DNA of 64,000 nt from an uncultured Gemmatimonadales bacterium (GCA_963798915.1 CAWCVB010000005.1:153291-217290), one strand, 5' to 3'. Positions 41,119 to 53,655 are shown, counted from the first letter of the stretch. The notes: generated from the sequence alone by a model not told the origin. Numbers and translations: made by a program.

Positions 41119-43011
41119 ATGTGTGGTATCTGTGGCATTGCCCTGCCGGATTTGTCGTCCCGCCGCCTGGATCGGGAACTGCTGGTGCGCATGCGCGACC
41201 AGCTGGTGCATCGCGGTCCCGATGGTGCCGGTGCCTTCCTGGACCGGGGCATTGCGCTGGGACACCGGCGGCTCAGCATCGTGGACGTGGCGCATGGCGC
41301 GCAGCCCATGGCCGCTCAGGGCGGCGCCGTTCAGATTGTCTACAACGGGGAGATCTACAACCATCCCGAGCTGATGCCGCTCCTGCAGGCGCAGGGCGTC
41401 GCCTACGCCACGCACTGTGATACCGAAACGGTCCTGCACCTCTACCAGCGCCACGGCCCCCGGACACCAGAGCAGCTGCGTGGCATGTTTGCCTTCGCGA
41501 TCTGGGACTCGCGGACCCGGGAATTGTTCCTGGCCCGCGACCGGCTGGGCGTGAAGCCGCTGTACTACGTGCATACCGAAGACGGTGCGCTCTATTTCGC
41601 TTCCGAGATCAAGTCGCTGCTTGCTGCCGGCGCGGTACCGCCGGTGCTCAACCGCCGGGCTCTTCCCGACTATCTCGCCAACCATGCCACGTCGGGCGAA
41701 GACACCCTCTTCGAAGGCGTCAAGCGGCTCCTGCCCGGGCACACGCTGACATGGAAGAACGGGCGGGTTGAGCTCCGTTCGTATTGGGATCTGTCGTTTG
41801 CCGCGCCGATGGACCGCCGTTCGGACGCCGAGTTGGTGGCGGAGTACGCTGAGCGGTTCCGTGAGGCGGTGCGGCTTCGCCTCATGGCGGATGTGCCGCT
41901 CGGCATGTTCCTCTCCGGCGGTATTGATTCGGCGGCCATCACGGCCACGATGGCAACCCTGGTCAGTGAACCGATCAAGACCTTTTCGGTGGCGTTCCGT
42001 GAGCGAGAGGCCAACGAACTCTACTATGCGCGGCTGGTTGCAAACCGCTACCGAACGGATCACCGGGAAGTGATCGTGAGTCCGGAGGAGTTCTTCGGTG
42101 CGCTCCCGTCCCTGGTTTGGCACGAGGACGAGCCGATCGCGCATCCTTCAAGTGTCGCGCTCAACTTTGTTTCGCGGCTGGCGGCACAGCATGTCAAGGT
42201 GGTGCTCACGGGAGAGGGAAGCGACGAGACGCTGGCGGGCTACGGCCGCTATCGCACCACGGTGCTCAACCTGGCGCTGAGCCAGCGCTGGCAGTCGATG
42301 GCGCCGGCAGTGGTGCAGCGGGTTGTTCGGGCCGGGGTGGAGCGGTTGCCACGGAGGTCGCGTCTCCGGCAGCGCCTGCTGCGTACCGGGCTCGCGCTGC
42401 ATGCAGACCTGGACACGCTCTACTTCGACAATTTCGCCGTCTTTGGGCGCCAGCGGCAGCACGAATTGCTGGCGCCTGAGCTGCGTGCCGAGCTGGGCGA
42501 TCCGGATCCCTACGCGGCTGCCCACCACGCCATCGCGCACGGCGATGCCGCCAGCCTGCTCAACCAGTTGCTCTACGCCGACACCAAGACCTATCTCCAT
42601 GAACTGCTGATGAAGCAGGACCAGATGAGCATGGCGGCGTCGATCGAGAGTCGGGTGCCCTTCCTGGATCATCCGCTGGTGGAGTTCACCGCCCGCCTGC
42701 CCCAACGCCTCAAGCTGCGTGGAAGCACCACCAAGTGGATCTTGCGCGAAGCGATGAAGGACATGCTGCCACCCGAAATTCTCTCCCGTCGCAAAATGGG
42801 TTTTCCCGTACCGGTCGGTGCGTGGCTCAAGGGACAATTCCGGCCCCTGCTCGACGACTATCTGCTCTCGGAACGGGCGCTGGGACGGGGCCTGTTCCGG
42901 CCGGACGCCGTGAGGGAACTGGTGCGCGAGCACTGTGCCGGACACGCCAACCATGATGAACGGTTGTGGGCGCTGCTGAATCTGGAAATCTGGCAGCGGA
43001 CTTTACCTTGA
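41119..43011 (+). CDS. asnB: Asparagine synthase-type (glutamine-hydrolyzing) amidotransferase 1
   Basis: MCGICG, HRGPD, NGEIYN, LSGGIDS, GEGSDE and RVPFLDH motifs. Confidence 0.93.
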   Translation: MCGICGIALPDLSSRRLDRELLVRMRDQLVHRGPDGAGAFLDRGIALGHRRLSIVDVAHGAQPMAAQGGAVQIVYNGEIYNHPELMPLLQAQGVAYATHCDTETVLHLYQRHGPRTPEQLRGMFAFAIWDSRTRELFLARDRLGVKPLYYVHTEDGALYFASEIKSLLAAGAVPPVLNRRALPDYLANHATSGEDTLFEGVKRLLPGHTLTWKNGRVELRSYWDLSFAAPMDRRSDAELVAEYAERFREAVRLRLMADVPLGMFLSGGIDSAAITATMATLVSEPIKTFSVAFREREANELYYARLVANRYRTDHREVIVSPEEFFGALPSLVWHEDEPIAHPSSVALNFVSRLAAQHVKVVLTGEGSDETLAGYGRYRTTVLNLALSQRWQSMAPAVVQRVVRAGVERLPRRSRLRQRLLRTGLALHADLDTLYFDNFAVFGRQRQHELLAPELRAELGDPDPYAAAHHAIAHGDAASLLNQLLYADTKTYLHELLMKQDQMSMAASIESRVPFLDHPLVEFTARLPQRLKLRGSTTKWILREAMKDMLPPEILSRRKMGFPVPVGAWLKGQFRPLLDDYLLSERALGRGLFRPDAVRELVREHCAGHANHDERLWALLNLEIWQRTLP

Positions 43012-43077
43012 CGGCGAGGCGGCCGGAGGGATCGTGCCGGGCGCCACCTGGACGGCTCGCGGCGGAGCGGCGCGCTG

Positions 43078-44317
43078 ATGCGGATTCTCTGGCTCAAGAC
43101 CGAGTCTGCTGCATCCGGTGGACAAGGGAGGACGGATTCGCACCTATCAGATGTTGCGCGCCCTGAAACGCGACCATCACGTGACCTACGTCGCCCTGGA
43201 CAATGGCCGCGCCCCTGCGGAAGCCGCGGCCCTCGCGGCGGAATACTGCGACGAACTGGTGCGCATCCCATACGCTGAACCCGAGCGGCGCACGGCGGCG
43301 TTCTGGCGTGACCTGACCCGCAACCTCCTTTCGCCGCTTCCGTACGCCATTGCCAAGTATCATTCATCCGACATGCGATCCTTCATCGAGCGTCGCGTGG
43401 CGGCGGGAACGGTCGACTTGCTGGTCTGCGACTTCCTGATGCCGGCGCAGAATGTTCCCGACCATCTGTCCTGCCGGACCGTGCTTTTCCAGCACAACGT
43501 CGAGGCCAGTATCTGGCGGCGGCACGTCGAGGTGCAGACCGGCGCCCTGGCCCGGGCATATTTTGCGCGGCAATGCCGACGGATGGAACGGTTCGAGCAC
43601 GAGCAATGCCGGCGCTTCGACCTCGTCGTCGCCGTGTCGGAAGAGGATGCTGCGGCATTCCGGACCCAGTATGGTGTGAGCGCGGTCAGCGCGGTGCCGA
43701 CTGGGGTCGACACGAAGTATTTCGCCGACACGGACCTTTCACTCGCGAAGCCGGGAAAGCTCGTGTTCGTGGGCGCCATGGACTGGATGCCCAACGAGGA
43801 CGGCATTCAATGGTTTGCGAGCGAGGTGCTCCCTCGCATCCGCATCACCATGCCAGACGCGAGCTTGACGGTCGTTGGGCGTAATCCCGGTTCCGCCGTC
43901 CGCCGGCTCGCGGATGCCGGCAGTGGAATAGACGTCACTGGAACGGTGCCGGACGTGCGGCCCTACCTCCGGGACGCCGCGGTCGTCATCGTCCCGCTGC
44001 GTGTGGGCGGAGGGACCCGGCTCAAGATTTATGAAGCCATGGCGGCGAACCGACCGGTTGTCTCCACCACGATCGGAGCCGAGGGGCTGCCGCTGGTGAC
44101 TGGCCAGCACCTGCTGACCGCTGACGATCCCGGCTCATTTGCCGATGCCTGCATCCGCCTGCTTCAGTCGCCGGCCGACGCTGGGAGAATTGCAGCTGCC
44201 GGTGGTCGGTATGTGCGAGAGCACTTCGGCTGGGATCGTGTGGCGGGCGAGTTTGCCCGGTTGTGCGGCGACGTGGGGGCGCCGCTCCAATCGTCGGCGC
44301 AGGGGTCCAGGACGTGA
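43078..44317 (+). CDS. Glycosyltransferase family 4 (frameshift near 43105)
   Basis: MRILWLKTE then DKGGRIRT; HNVE, GAMDWMPN and GGGTRLKIYEAMA motifs. Confidence 0.9.
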
Positions 44318-45102
44318 GTGGCGAACGGCTCCGCGTTGTCGTGATGGCGCACGACGAAGATGAGCTCTACGCCGATGGCGTGGCCGGCTGGCTCACCGGT
44401 CGCGAGCAGCTTTGCGGACTGATCCGGATCGTGGACTCGGCCCGTGTTCGGCGGCGGCGGATCCAGCGCGAATGGCGTCGCTCCGGCACGCTTGGCCTGG
44501 CGGATGTGGTGGCATGGCGGGTCTATCATCGTGTGCGCTACGGGGCAGAGGCGCGCCGGGTGCGGGCGGGCCTGCTCGCCGAGCTGGTCGGGGCCCGGCC
44601 AGAGCCAGTGGCCGCGCCGGTCCTGCGTACCGGAGCGCCCAATGGCGTCGCCGTGCAGGAATTTCTTGCGCAGGCCAATGCTGATATCATGATCGCGCTG
44701 GTGAAGCACATCCTGAAGCCGGCCGTGTTCGCGCTCCCTCGTCATGGGACCTTCGTCCTGCATCCGGGAATCTGCCCTGAGTACCGGAACGCGCACGGAT
44801 GCTTCTGGGCCTTGACCCGCGCCGATCACGCACGCGTGGGCATGACGCTGCTTCGCATCGACGAGGGCGTGGACACCGGTCCCACGTTCGGCTACTTCAG
44901 CCTCCCGCAGTCGCGCTGGAGTCGTTCGCCCATCGCCCTGCAGCAACAGATGGTCCTGGAGAACCTGGCCCCCGTCATGGACCGGTTGCAAGCGGTCGTC
45001 GCAGGAGATGCCGCGCCAGTGGACACGTCCGGCCGGGAGTCGGGCGTCTGGGGCCAGCCGAAGCTGACTGCCTGGTGGCACCGGGCGCGGCCGGCGGCAT
45101 GA
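44314..45102 (+). CDS. Formyltransferase-family protein (sugar formyltransferase-like)
   Basis: LHPGICPEYRNAHGCFWA and IDEGVDTG motifs. Confidence 0.8.
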   Translation: MSGERLRVVVMAHDEDELYADGVAGWLTGREQLCGLIRIVDSARVRRRRIQREWRRSGTLGLADVVAWRVYHRVRYGAEARRVRAGLLAELVGARPEPVAAPVLRTGAPNGVAVQEFLAQANADIMIALVKHILKPAVFALPRHGTFVLHPGICPEYRNAHGCFWALTRADHARVGMTLLRIDEGVDTGPTFGYFSLPQSRWSRSPIALQQQMVLENLAPVMDRLQAVVAGDAAPVDTSGRESGVWGQPKLTAWWHRARPAA

Positions 45103-45115
45103 TTGGTCCCGAGGC

Positions 45116-45913
45116 ATGAACCGGCTGCCCGGGCGGCTTGGGGTCCTCGAATATCACGACATCGTGCACGCCGGTGCCGAGGATGCGTCGGGCTTCGCCG
45201 GTCCATCGGCTGCCAGCTACAAGGTGGATGCGGAGCGCTTTGCCGCGCACCTCGCGGCGCTGGACGGTCAACTGGTGGCACGGCTGGCCTCCGATGGCAG
45301 CGGCGAGCTGTCACCGTCGTCGGTACTGCTCACCTTCGACGATGGCGGCGTGGATGCCATCCGGGTGGCCGCCCCGATGCTCGAGGAACGCGGGATGCGC
45401 GGTCTGTTCTTCACGACTGTTGGCCGGATTGGGCAGCCAGGTTTTCTGGGGCCGCCCGACCTGCGTGAACTGCGCCAACGCGGCCATGCTATTGGCAGTC
45501 ACTCGATGACACACCCTACTCGCTTCAGCACGCTTTCGCCCGAGGACATGCGGCGGGAATGGCACGAAAGCCGTTGCATTCTTGAGGACATCCTGGGGTG
45601 CGAGGTGCGGATGGGCTCGGTGCCGGGCGGCTATCATTCCCTGGCTGTCGCCCGGGAGGCGGCACGCGCCGGTTACGCATGGCTCTTCACCTCCGAGCCA
45701 TCACCCCGCGTGAGCGTGGTGCAGGGCTGCGCCGTCGTTGGGCGCTTTACGTTGCGACGGAAGTCTTCGGCTGCAGCGGCCCGCGCTCTGGCGACCGGGC
45801 AGGGAACTGCGCGGCGCCGGGCCGCCGCGGTCTGGACAACCAAGAAGGTGCTGAAGCGAGTGGCCGGTCCGCTCTATCTGCGAGTTCGGCGGCTGGCATT
45901 CCGCGACGCCTGA
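45116..45913 (+). CDS. Polysaccharide deacetylase (CE4/NodB fold)
   Basis: LEYHD, LTFDDG, GSHSMTH and SVPGG motifs. Confidence 0.9.
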   Translation: MNRLPGRLGVLEYHDIVHAGAEDASGFAGPSAASYKVDAERFAAHLAALDGQLVARLASDGSGELSPSSVLLTFDDGGVDAIRVAAPMLEERGMRGLFFTTVGRIGQPGFLGPPDLRELRQRGHAIGSHSMTHPTRFSTLSPEDMRREWHESRCILEDILGCEVRMGSVPGGYHSLAVAREAARAGYAWLFTSEPSPRVSVVQGCAVVGRFTLRRKSSAAAARALATGQGTARRRAAAVWTTKKVLKRVAGPLYLRVRRLAFRDA

Positions 45914-45938
45914 TGGTGGTGAATCTCAAGGGAGCAAG

Positions 45939-47261
45939 ATGACGACCTCGATAAGCGTATTTGGATTGGGCTATGTCGGCTGCGTTTCAGCCGCCTGCTT
46001 CGCGAAGGAAGGTCATGCAGTCACCGGTGTGGATGTGAATCCTGCCAAGGTGGACATGATCATGGCCGGCAAGGCCACCATCGTGGAGGCCGGCATCGGC
46101 GAACTGGTGGCCGAGATGGTGGAGTCAGGTCGGCTCACCGCCACGACGAGTGTCGAGCAGGCGGTGCAGGAGACGGCGGTGTCGCTGGTCTGCGTCGGCA
46201 CGCCCAGCCGGGCCAATGGCAGTCTTGACCTGAGTTATGTCGAGCGGGTTTCGGAGCAGATTGGCCAGGCCATCCGCAGCAAGGCTGCCCGGCATGTGAT
46301 CGTCATCCGGAGCACCGTGTTGCCCGGCACCATCCACGATGTGGTAGTGCCAGCCCTCGAACGCACCAGTGGCAAGAAGGCGGGCACGGACTTCGGCGTC
46401 TGTGGCAACCCCGAATTTCTGCGGGAAGGCACCTCGATCCGGGACTTCTACGACCCGCCCTTCACCCTGGTGGGTGCGGACGATGCCGAGACTGGCCGCG
46501 TGGTTGCCGCCCTGTACCAGGGGATCGAGGCGACGGTTCACGTCATTCCGGTGCGCACGGCGGAAATGGTCAAGTATTCCTGCAACTGCTTCCATGGCCT
46601 CAAGGTGGCGTTTGCCAACGAAATCGGGAATATCTGCAAGGCCACCGGCGTGGACAGCCATGAGGTGATGCGGATCTTCTGCGAAGACCGGAAGCTCAAC
46701 ATTTCCCCGTACTACTTGCGTCCCGGGATTCGCGTTCGGCGGGTCCTGCTTGCCCAAGGATTTGCGGGCCACGGTCTACAATGCCCGAGCCCACGATGTG
46801 CCGGTGCCAGTATTGGAGGCTGTGCTGGAAAGCAATCGCCTCCAGATCGAGAAGGCTTTCAACATGGTCATGGCCACGGGCCGGCGGCGGGTCGGTGTCC
46901 TCGGCTTGAGTTTCAAGGCGGGAACGGACGATCTGCGTGAATCGCCGATGGTGTCGCTGATCGAGCGGCTGATCGGCAAGGGCCTGGAGTTGTCCATCTA
47001 CGATCCCTACGTCACCAGCTCACGGCTCATGGGTGCCAATCGCGAGTATATCGAGCGGGAAATTCCCCACATCTGGGAACTCATGCGTGGCAGCATCCGT
47101 GAAGTGCTGGATGGCTCGGATGCCGTGATCATCGGCAACAGCGCCGGCGAGTTCCGGGAGATCCAGGGCCACCTGCGCGATGATCAGCCGGTGGTCGATC
47201 TGGTGCGGGCCTTCGGTCCACGCATTCGGATGGCCCCGGCTACGAGGGCATCTGCTGGTGA
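45939..47261 (+). CDS. GDP-mannose 6-dehydrogenase-like nucleotide-sugar dehydrogenase (frameshifted)
   Basis: ISVFGLGYVG, NPEFLREG, YLRPG-FAFGGSCLPKD, FKAGTDDLRESP and terminal EGICW, which resembles AlgD. Confidence 0.88.
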
Positions 47262-47269
47262 GCGCCAGC

Positions 47270-48113
47270 ATGAGAGCGGGCTCGGCATCTGATCACGCCG
47301 ACGAGGTACGCCGCGGCGAGCGGTTCGAGTTCGGTGCCAACTGGCAGCGCTTCCTCCGGGTGTTGGATGACGAGCGAATCCGCCAGGCGGAGGACGGGCT
47401 CGCAGGGATGCTCGGGCGTCGGGATCTTGACGGCCTCCGGTTCCTCGATGTGGGCTCGGGAAGCGGGCTTTCGAGCCTGGTGGCGCGCCGGATGGGTGCG
47501 ACGGTGCATTCGTTCGACTATGATCCGCATCGGTGGCGTGCACCGAAGAACTGCGACGCCGGTATTTCCCGGATGATCCCTCCTGGACCGTCGAGCCCGG
47601 CTCAGCCCTGGATGCCGGATATCTTGAGCGGGCTGGGCACATTCGACATCGTCTACTCCTGGGGCGTGCTGCACCACACCGGCGACATGTGGTGCGCGCT
47701 CGACCTGGTGGCTTCGCTGGTCAAGCCGGGCGGCATGCTCTTCATTGCCATCTATAACGACCAGGGCGCCTGGTCCGGCCGCTGGAAGGCGATCAAGCGA
47801 CTTCTACTGCTCTGGCCCACTGGGCAAGGCGCTGGTGAGCGGCGTGGCCATCCCTTACTGGGTGCTGCAAGGCCTGCTCGCTGACCTGGTCTGGAGGCGC
47901 AATCCGCTGGCGCGCTATCGGGACTACGGGAAGGACCGCGGGATGTCGATGACGCATGACTGGTTCGACTGGCTGGGGGGCTATCCGTTCGAGTACGCCA
48001 AGCCAGAGGCCATTTTCGATTTCTATCGTGAGCGTGGTTTTAGCCTGCTGCGGATGGCCACCGCAGGCGGTTCTGTGGGCTGCAACGAGTTCGTCCTGCA
48101 GAAGCTCGCGTAA
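47270..48113 (+). CDS. Class I SAM-dependent methyltransferase (frameshifted)
   Basis: RFEFGANW, LDVGSGSG, YSWGVLHHTG and DWLGGYPFE across frames. Confidence 0.85.
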
Positions 48114-48122
48114 CCGAATAAA

Positions 48123-48165
48123 GAAGCCGCGAGGGGCCACACGGAGATGGTCCGCTCGCGGCTTC
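48123..48165. terminator. Hairpin between convergent operons
   Basis: GAAGCCGCGAG...CTCGCGGCTTC inverted repeat; no strong U-tract. Confidence 0.55.
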
Positions 48166-48178
48166 CCTCGTTCCGTTT

Positions 48179-50761
48179 CTAGCGAACGCCAACGGTCATG
48201 GTGGCACCTTGGCCGCATCAGCGCCGATCATGGTACCATCGGTGGCTGAATGCAGATATGGACTGCTGCCTGACAGCTGGAAGTCGCCGGTCAGATAGTT
48301 GAGCAGCCCAGCGGCCGTCGTACTGGCCGGGAAGAAATTGTTCGATGGGTAGATGCTGCTTGGAGCGCTGATCGATCGCATTGTGCGCTACGAGAGCATC
48401 TGGTGCGTAGTAGGCCAATGCTGGATTCCCTTCACCCTTCCCACTTCCGAACAATCCCCAGCTACCGCGCGCAAATATGTTGTTAGTGATGACCAAGTGC
48501 GGTGGCGAGGTACTGCGCTGTCCCGTCGAACAGGATGATATGCCGCTCGCCCATCGCCGTGTTGTGGGCGATCGTCAGATAGGTTACGCCGCCCAGGATC
48601 TGGAAGATGCGCTTGGTGTCAGCCTGGGTGCGCTCAGTCCCGACTTTCTCGAAGATAGTGTGCTCAATGATCTGGCCGACGGGAGGCGTACCGCCGCCGC
48701 CATTGGGTTCTGCGATGCCCAGTCATGTTGAAGCCGCCGGGAGAGTTGATGATGCGGTTGTAGCGCCAGGTCACGTCTCGACGTTACGCACCAGTCGCAG
48801 TGTCCTCCTTGATTCATGGTCTTCATCACGATCGCGAAGCCGGTCTGCGCCTCGGCCCAGTTGTTCTCCAAGACATTGCCTTCAACCAGCACTCGCGCTG
48901 GCATTCTTCAATTCGAAGAGATTCTTGATGGCCCAGCCGGCGCCCTTCCAGGTCAGCGGCTTGTAGAAATGGTTCCGGCGGATCTCGATATCACTGGGGA
49001 CGACGCCGCTGAATTGAGGGTCGCCGCCGCCGAACATGACGTTCTCGCTCGCCCCTTCCAGCCGGTTGTTCACGATCTTGTACGGCCCCGGACCGTCCCA
49101 GCCCCAGATCGCCTGCGAGTCGAGATAGCGGTAGTGGCAGTCCGAAATCCAACTGTCGATGACGGCGCTCGACCGGCTGTTCAGGGCGACGCATCGCTGC
49201 AGGTTCATGCTGGACGTACCATGCACATAGACCCGGTCGAGAATGATGAACTGGGGATAGTCTGCGATGCCGGTGGCGGTGTGGGAGTAATCTCCCAGAT
49301 TCACCACGGCATAGGTCATGGACGCCGAGCTGGAGAGTTCGATGCCCATGACCCGATAATAGCTGGCGGTGCTACTGGTCTGGTCCGTAGAGCCGGCATC
49401 GAGTTTGGCGTCACAAGCTTGGCAAAGCTTGCCGCCGTGGAAGGCGTCACCCGCGTACCCTCAGCGGGAAGGGTCGTCGCGGTCCGGATGGTGATCCAGC
49501 CGCTTCCTGCCTTGGCGGGCAGGTAGTAATTGCCCACGAAGCGCGCGCCGGCGGCCAGCTGGATGACATCACCGCGGGCGGCGCCATTGATGGCCGCCTG
49601 CAGGTCGCCGCCGGCCGGCACGTTGATGGTCTTTCCGGTCGGTGGGACATAATGGGTGTCAAGGTAGGTGCGGGGCATCTCCGCTACCTCACCTGACGGC
49701 GGGGGAGAGGAAATACTCGACGGATCGGTGGTCACCGGCACGCTGCCATCAGTGGAGCCCACGTCACTGGTGGACGGTGCTGCGCCGCTCTTGACCGTGA
49801 TCCAGGATGTGTCGGCCAGGCTGCCGCCAACCTGCACGGCGCGGATCCGGACGGTGGCCTCGACCGGCATGACCCAGTCCAGCCCGCGCACGTAGCCTCG
49901 ATCGGCCACCAGTGACGCGCTCACCGGCATCGTCTGGCCGGTGGTGGTCACCCCATGCACCTCAAACGTCAGGGTATCGCCCGGCGGAATCGTGTCGCGG
50001 CTTGGGCTGAGAACGATCCGCGCCAGGGTCCCGCTGGTGGTCCCGCCGGTACCGCTTGAGGCAGTTGACGAAACCGTGACGTGTGCCTCGGCCTCCGATG
50101 GAACTGCCGTCCAGCACGGCTCGCACCCGAAAAGTGCCCTCGATCGGGCAGTAGTAATCCAGCCCACGCACATAGCCGCGGTCCGGATAGAGCTTGACTG
50201 GTGCCGGCACGCTGTCGCCAGTCGCGGTCTTGCCCCATACCACGAACCGAAGCGTGTCATTCGGCTGGATGGTGCTCTGCTGCGGGCTTGCATGACCAGC
50301 GACGTGATGGTGGAGGTGACCGAAACGCTCGCCATGGTGATCGACCATGGTGTCGGACGTCCCCAGCGACGAGCTGGCACCGACCAGGCGATATGAACCG
50401 GCTTCGGTGGCGGTGAACAGCGTCACCGCTTGCGAATCCACGACGCCCCGGACCAGCGTGCCCCCATCCAGACTTCGCCAGGTGACGTCAGCGGTCAGCT
50501 GCTTCCCCTCCGCGTTGCCGCGGGTGGCGCGCAAGGCGGTCGAATCGCCGGCCAGGACAGTCGGCCTGTCGGCACGGACCTGAAGCGCTCTGGCAGCGGC
50601 CCGGTCCGCCTGACCGGGGCCGGCACATCCTTGAGCATTCCGGCTTCAGGACCAGCAGTTGAGTCAGAACAGGCAGATAAGCTGAAAGCGAGGAGAAGAG
50701 TGGGAAGGGCGAGCCGCAGGCGTGCGGCCCGTGAGCTCCACGGGTTGCGTGGAAAGTTCAT
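48179..50761 (-). CDS. Secreted lipoprotein with Ig-like repeats and right-handed beta-helix domain, paralog A (multiple frameshifts)
   Basis: FSLSAC lipobox; GGDLQAAINGAARGDVIQL, IILDRVYVHG, GPGPYKIVNNRLEG and KNLFELKNA segments. Confidence 0.75.
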
Positions 50762-50994
50762 CGAGCGGGTACCTCTCGGGTGCAGGCCTATCCGGCGCTC
50801 GCCAGGCAGGCGGTACGTGGAGTGCGTACCAGGGCGCTCCTCGAGTCGAGGGCGCTCGGGTACCGAGTGTAGAATGGGAGATCGGTGCAGCTGTCTGCCC
50901 GGCTGCGACTGGGGGGATCGAAGCCTGCCCAATGTCTAGGGACCTGCACCTTACTGCGGTGACCCACGTCACACTTTTCCTGAACGGTTCCGTC

Positions 50995-51031
50995 CAAAAC
51001 AGCAACGCCCGGGCAGGTGCCCGGGCGTTGC
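50995..51031 (-). terminator. Probable intrinsic terminator
   Basis: AGCAACGCCCGGGCA-GG-TGCCCGGGCGTTGCT perfect stem followed on the minus strand by GTTTT. Confidence 0.75.
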
Positions 51032-51065
51032 TGTGCTGCGGAGCTGCGATGTCGCTGTGCCTTGG

Positions 51066-53366
51066 CTAGTAAACGCCCACAATCGCGGCGGTCAGTGCGT
51101 CCACATTTGCACCTGGCGGGAGCCCGTCTGTGCTTCCCGCGTAGTATGGGCTGGAGGTGGTGAGGTCATAGTCACCATTCGCATAGTCGGTCATGCCGAC
51201 GGTGAGTGAGCTGGTGGGGTAATAATTGCTCGACGGGTACTTGGTCGAAGGCGCTGCGACAACAATGTTGCCGCGGAAGACGCCGTCCGGCGCATAGTAG
51301 GCCAAGGCCGCGGAGCCCTTCACCCTTGCTGCTGCCGAAGACACCGTAGGTGCCCCGGGCTGAAGAGATTGTCCCGGATCACCAGCGCCGAGGTCGGTTT
51401 GCCGTCGAACAGCACGATCTTGTCCTGGCTGAAGCCGGTATTGTGGGCGATCGTGATGTTTCGCACCGTTCCCAGGAGCTGGAACAGAATGCGGGTACCG
51501 GTCTGGGTGGACTGGGCCACATCCTCGAGCACGTTTTCCGCGATGAGGAAGTCGTTGGCCGGGATGGCAGTCCCGCCGCTCAGCGCCTGGTAATCCGATG
51601 ATGTTGAACCCGCCCGGGGAGTTCTTGATCAGGTTGGTGCCGGATGGTCAGATCCTGGGCGACGCACCAATCGCAGCGCCCGCCCTGGTTGGCCGACTTC
51701 AGAACGATCGCGAAGCCGGTCTGGGCGTCTGACCAGTTGTTCTCGAAGATGTTGCTTTCGAGGAGCACCCGCTGGGCATTCTTGACCTCGAAGAGGTTCT
51801 TGACGGACCAGACACCCTTCCACGAGAGCGGCTTGAAGACGTGGTTGTGACGGATGGTGATGTCGCTCGGGACCACCCCGTACACGTTGGGGTCCGCACC
51901 ACCGAACATGATGTTCTCGCCCGCACCCTCGAGATGGTTGTTCTCGATCTTGAGCGGGCCCGGGCTGGCCCAGGTGATGATGGCCTGGGTGTCCATGCCC
52001 TTGCCATGACAGTCGGACAGCCAGCTGTCCACCACCGCGCTGGTGCGGGAGTTCAGCACGACGCAGCGTTGCAGGGTCTGGCTGGACGTCGCCGTGGACA
52101 TAGACCCGGTCCAGGATGATCTCCTGCGGGATCTGGTCCACGCTGGTCGCGGATTCGTTGTAGAGCTGGATCAGCGAGTAGGTCATGCTGGCCGTGGAGC
52201 CGACCTCGACGCCCATGAGCCGGTAGTAACTCGCATCGCCGCTCGCCGCCGTCTTGATGTGCCGGCATCGAATTGGGAGTCATGATCTTCGCGAAATTGG
52301 CCGCCGCCTGAGGTGTGACCCGGGTGCCCTCGGCCGGCAGGGTTGTGGCCGTGCGAATAGTGATCCAGCCGGTGCCGGACTTGGCAGGCAGGGTGAAATT
52401 CCCGCTGAACGTCGCGCCCGCCGCCAGCTCGATCACGTCGCCGCGCTGCGCCGCATTGAGCGCTGACTGCAGCTCGCCGCCGGCCGGCACCACGATGGTG
52501 TTGCCGGTGGGCGGGACGTAACGGCTGTCAACCGCCACGCGAGGAAGCTCCACGGAGCCATCGCTGGCAATCGGCTGAAGCGGCGCGGCGGTGACCGTCG
52601 TGTCGGTCGGGGTCGGGCTCGTGGTTGTCGGCGTCGTGACGGACGTGGTATCTGGAGCCGGAGCTGGGGCCGGGGCTGGTGCCGGCGCCGTCGCTGGCGC
52701 CGCGATGCTGACGCTGGCCGAATCGGTCAGCGGCCCGCCATGCTGCTTGGCCACAATCGTGAAGGAACCCGCGGTATCGCCAGCGGTGTAGTACAGGCCG
52801 CTCGCCGTGCCGCCGGGCGTCGACTGGAGGTCGGCGACCACTGGGACACTGTCGCCAGCCGAGGTGCGACCGTAGACGAAGAATTGCTGGCCCTGGCCCA
52901 CGGCAAGAGAGACGACCGTCGGCAGGATGTAGATCTTGGCAAGACTCACGCTGTTCGACCTTGGAACGGAGACCCTCGTCGTGTCGCGGAACTTCTTCCC
53001 GCGATCAAAGCTGACCAGGCGGTAGTCGCCCGGCTCCTTGGCCGAAAAATAGGTCATGTGCTTGGAATTGACGACCGTGTCGCGAAGCTCGCCGCCATCG
53101 AGACTGACCCAGTCAGCCTCGACGGGGGTCTTCTCGCCGTCCGACTTGACCGCCATGGCCCGGACCGGCGTCGCCTGGTCGGGCGCCACGGTCGGATTGT
53201 CCGATGAAGCCAGAATTCCCACCACCTGGCTGGCGGCACGGGGCGAGTCGAAGTCCGAGCCCAAGGGGCCGCCATCCATGCAGCCGGCTACCAGCACGAT
53301 CAGGCCGGCGACGGACATATCTCGCAGCAGGGCGAGGCGACGGGACAGCTTGTGCTTGAACGGCAT
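51066..53366 (-). CDS. Secreted lipoprotein with Ig-like repeats and right-handed beta-helix domain, paralog B (multiple frameshifts)
   Basis: LVAGC lipobox, AP/T-rich linker; GGELQSALNAAQRGDVIEL, SPGPLKIENNHLEG and KNLFEVKNA segments. Confidence 0.78.
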
Positions 53367-53537
53367 GAGAAGCTCCGCGAAGAGTCTGGGAACGCAACAG
53401 GCCGCCGGCGGGCGCACCTGTTCGCTGGGGGTGCGTGTCGCTGGCGGCCCGGCTGGCATGGCGCTGATGCGCTGAAGCCCCGAAACTCTGCGTCGCGGCG
53501 TTTCCGCCGGTTTGCTCTGAGCAGCGCCCAAGCCAGA

Positions 53538-53553
53538 AGCAAGCCTCTTGCCA
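53538..53553 (-). promoter_or_regulatory. Sigma-54 promoter upstream of the beta-helix lipoprotein genes
   Basis: Minus strand TGGCAAGAGGCTTGCT, one mismatch to TGGCACG-N4-TTGCW. Confidence 0.65.
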
Positions 53554-53655
53554 TCTGCAAGGTGCGCCGAACTATTTGCTGGGAAATGACGTTGGGAGGG
53601 GTGCAACCGAATGCACGGGGCCGGCATCCGGTGATTCGCAATGTATAGTTGCTTT

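Noticed and set aside
52670..52700. APAPAP / Thr-rich repeat
   Set aside because: Ordinary low-complexity interdomain linker within a lipoprotein.
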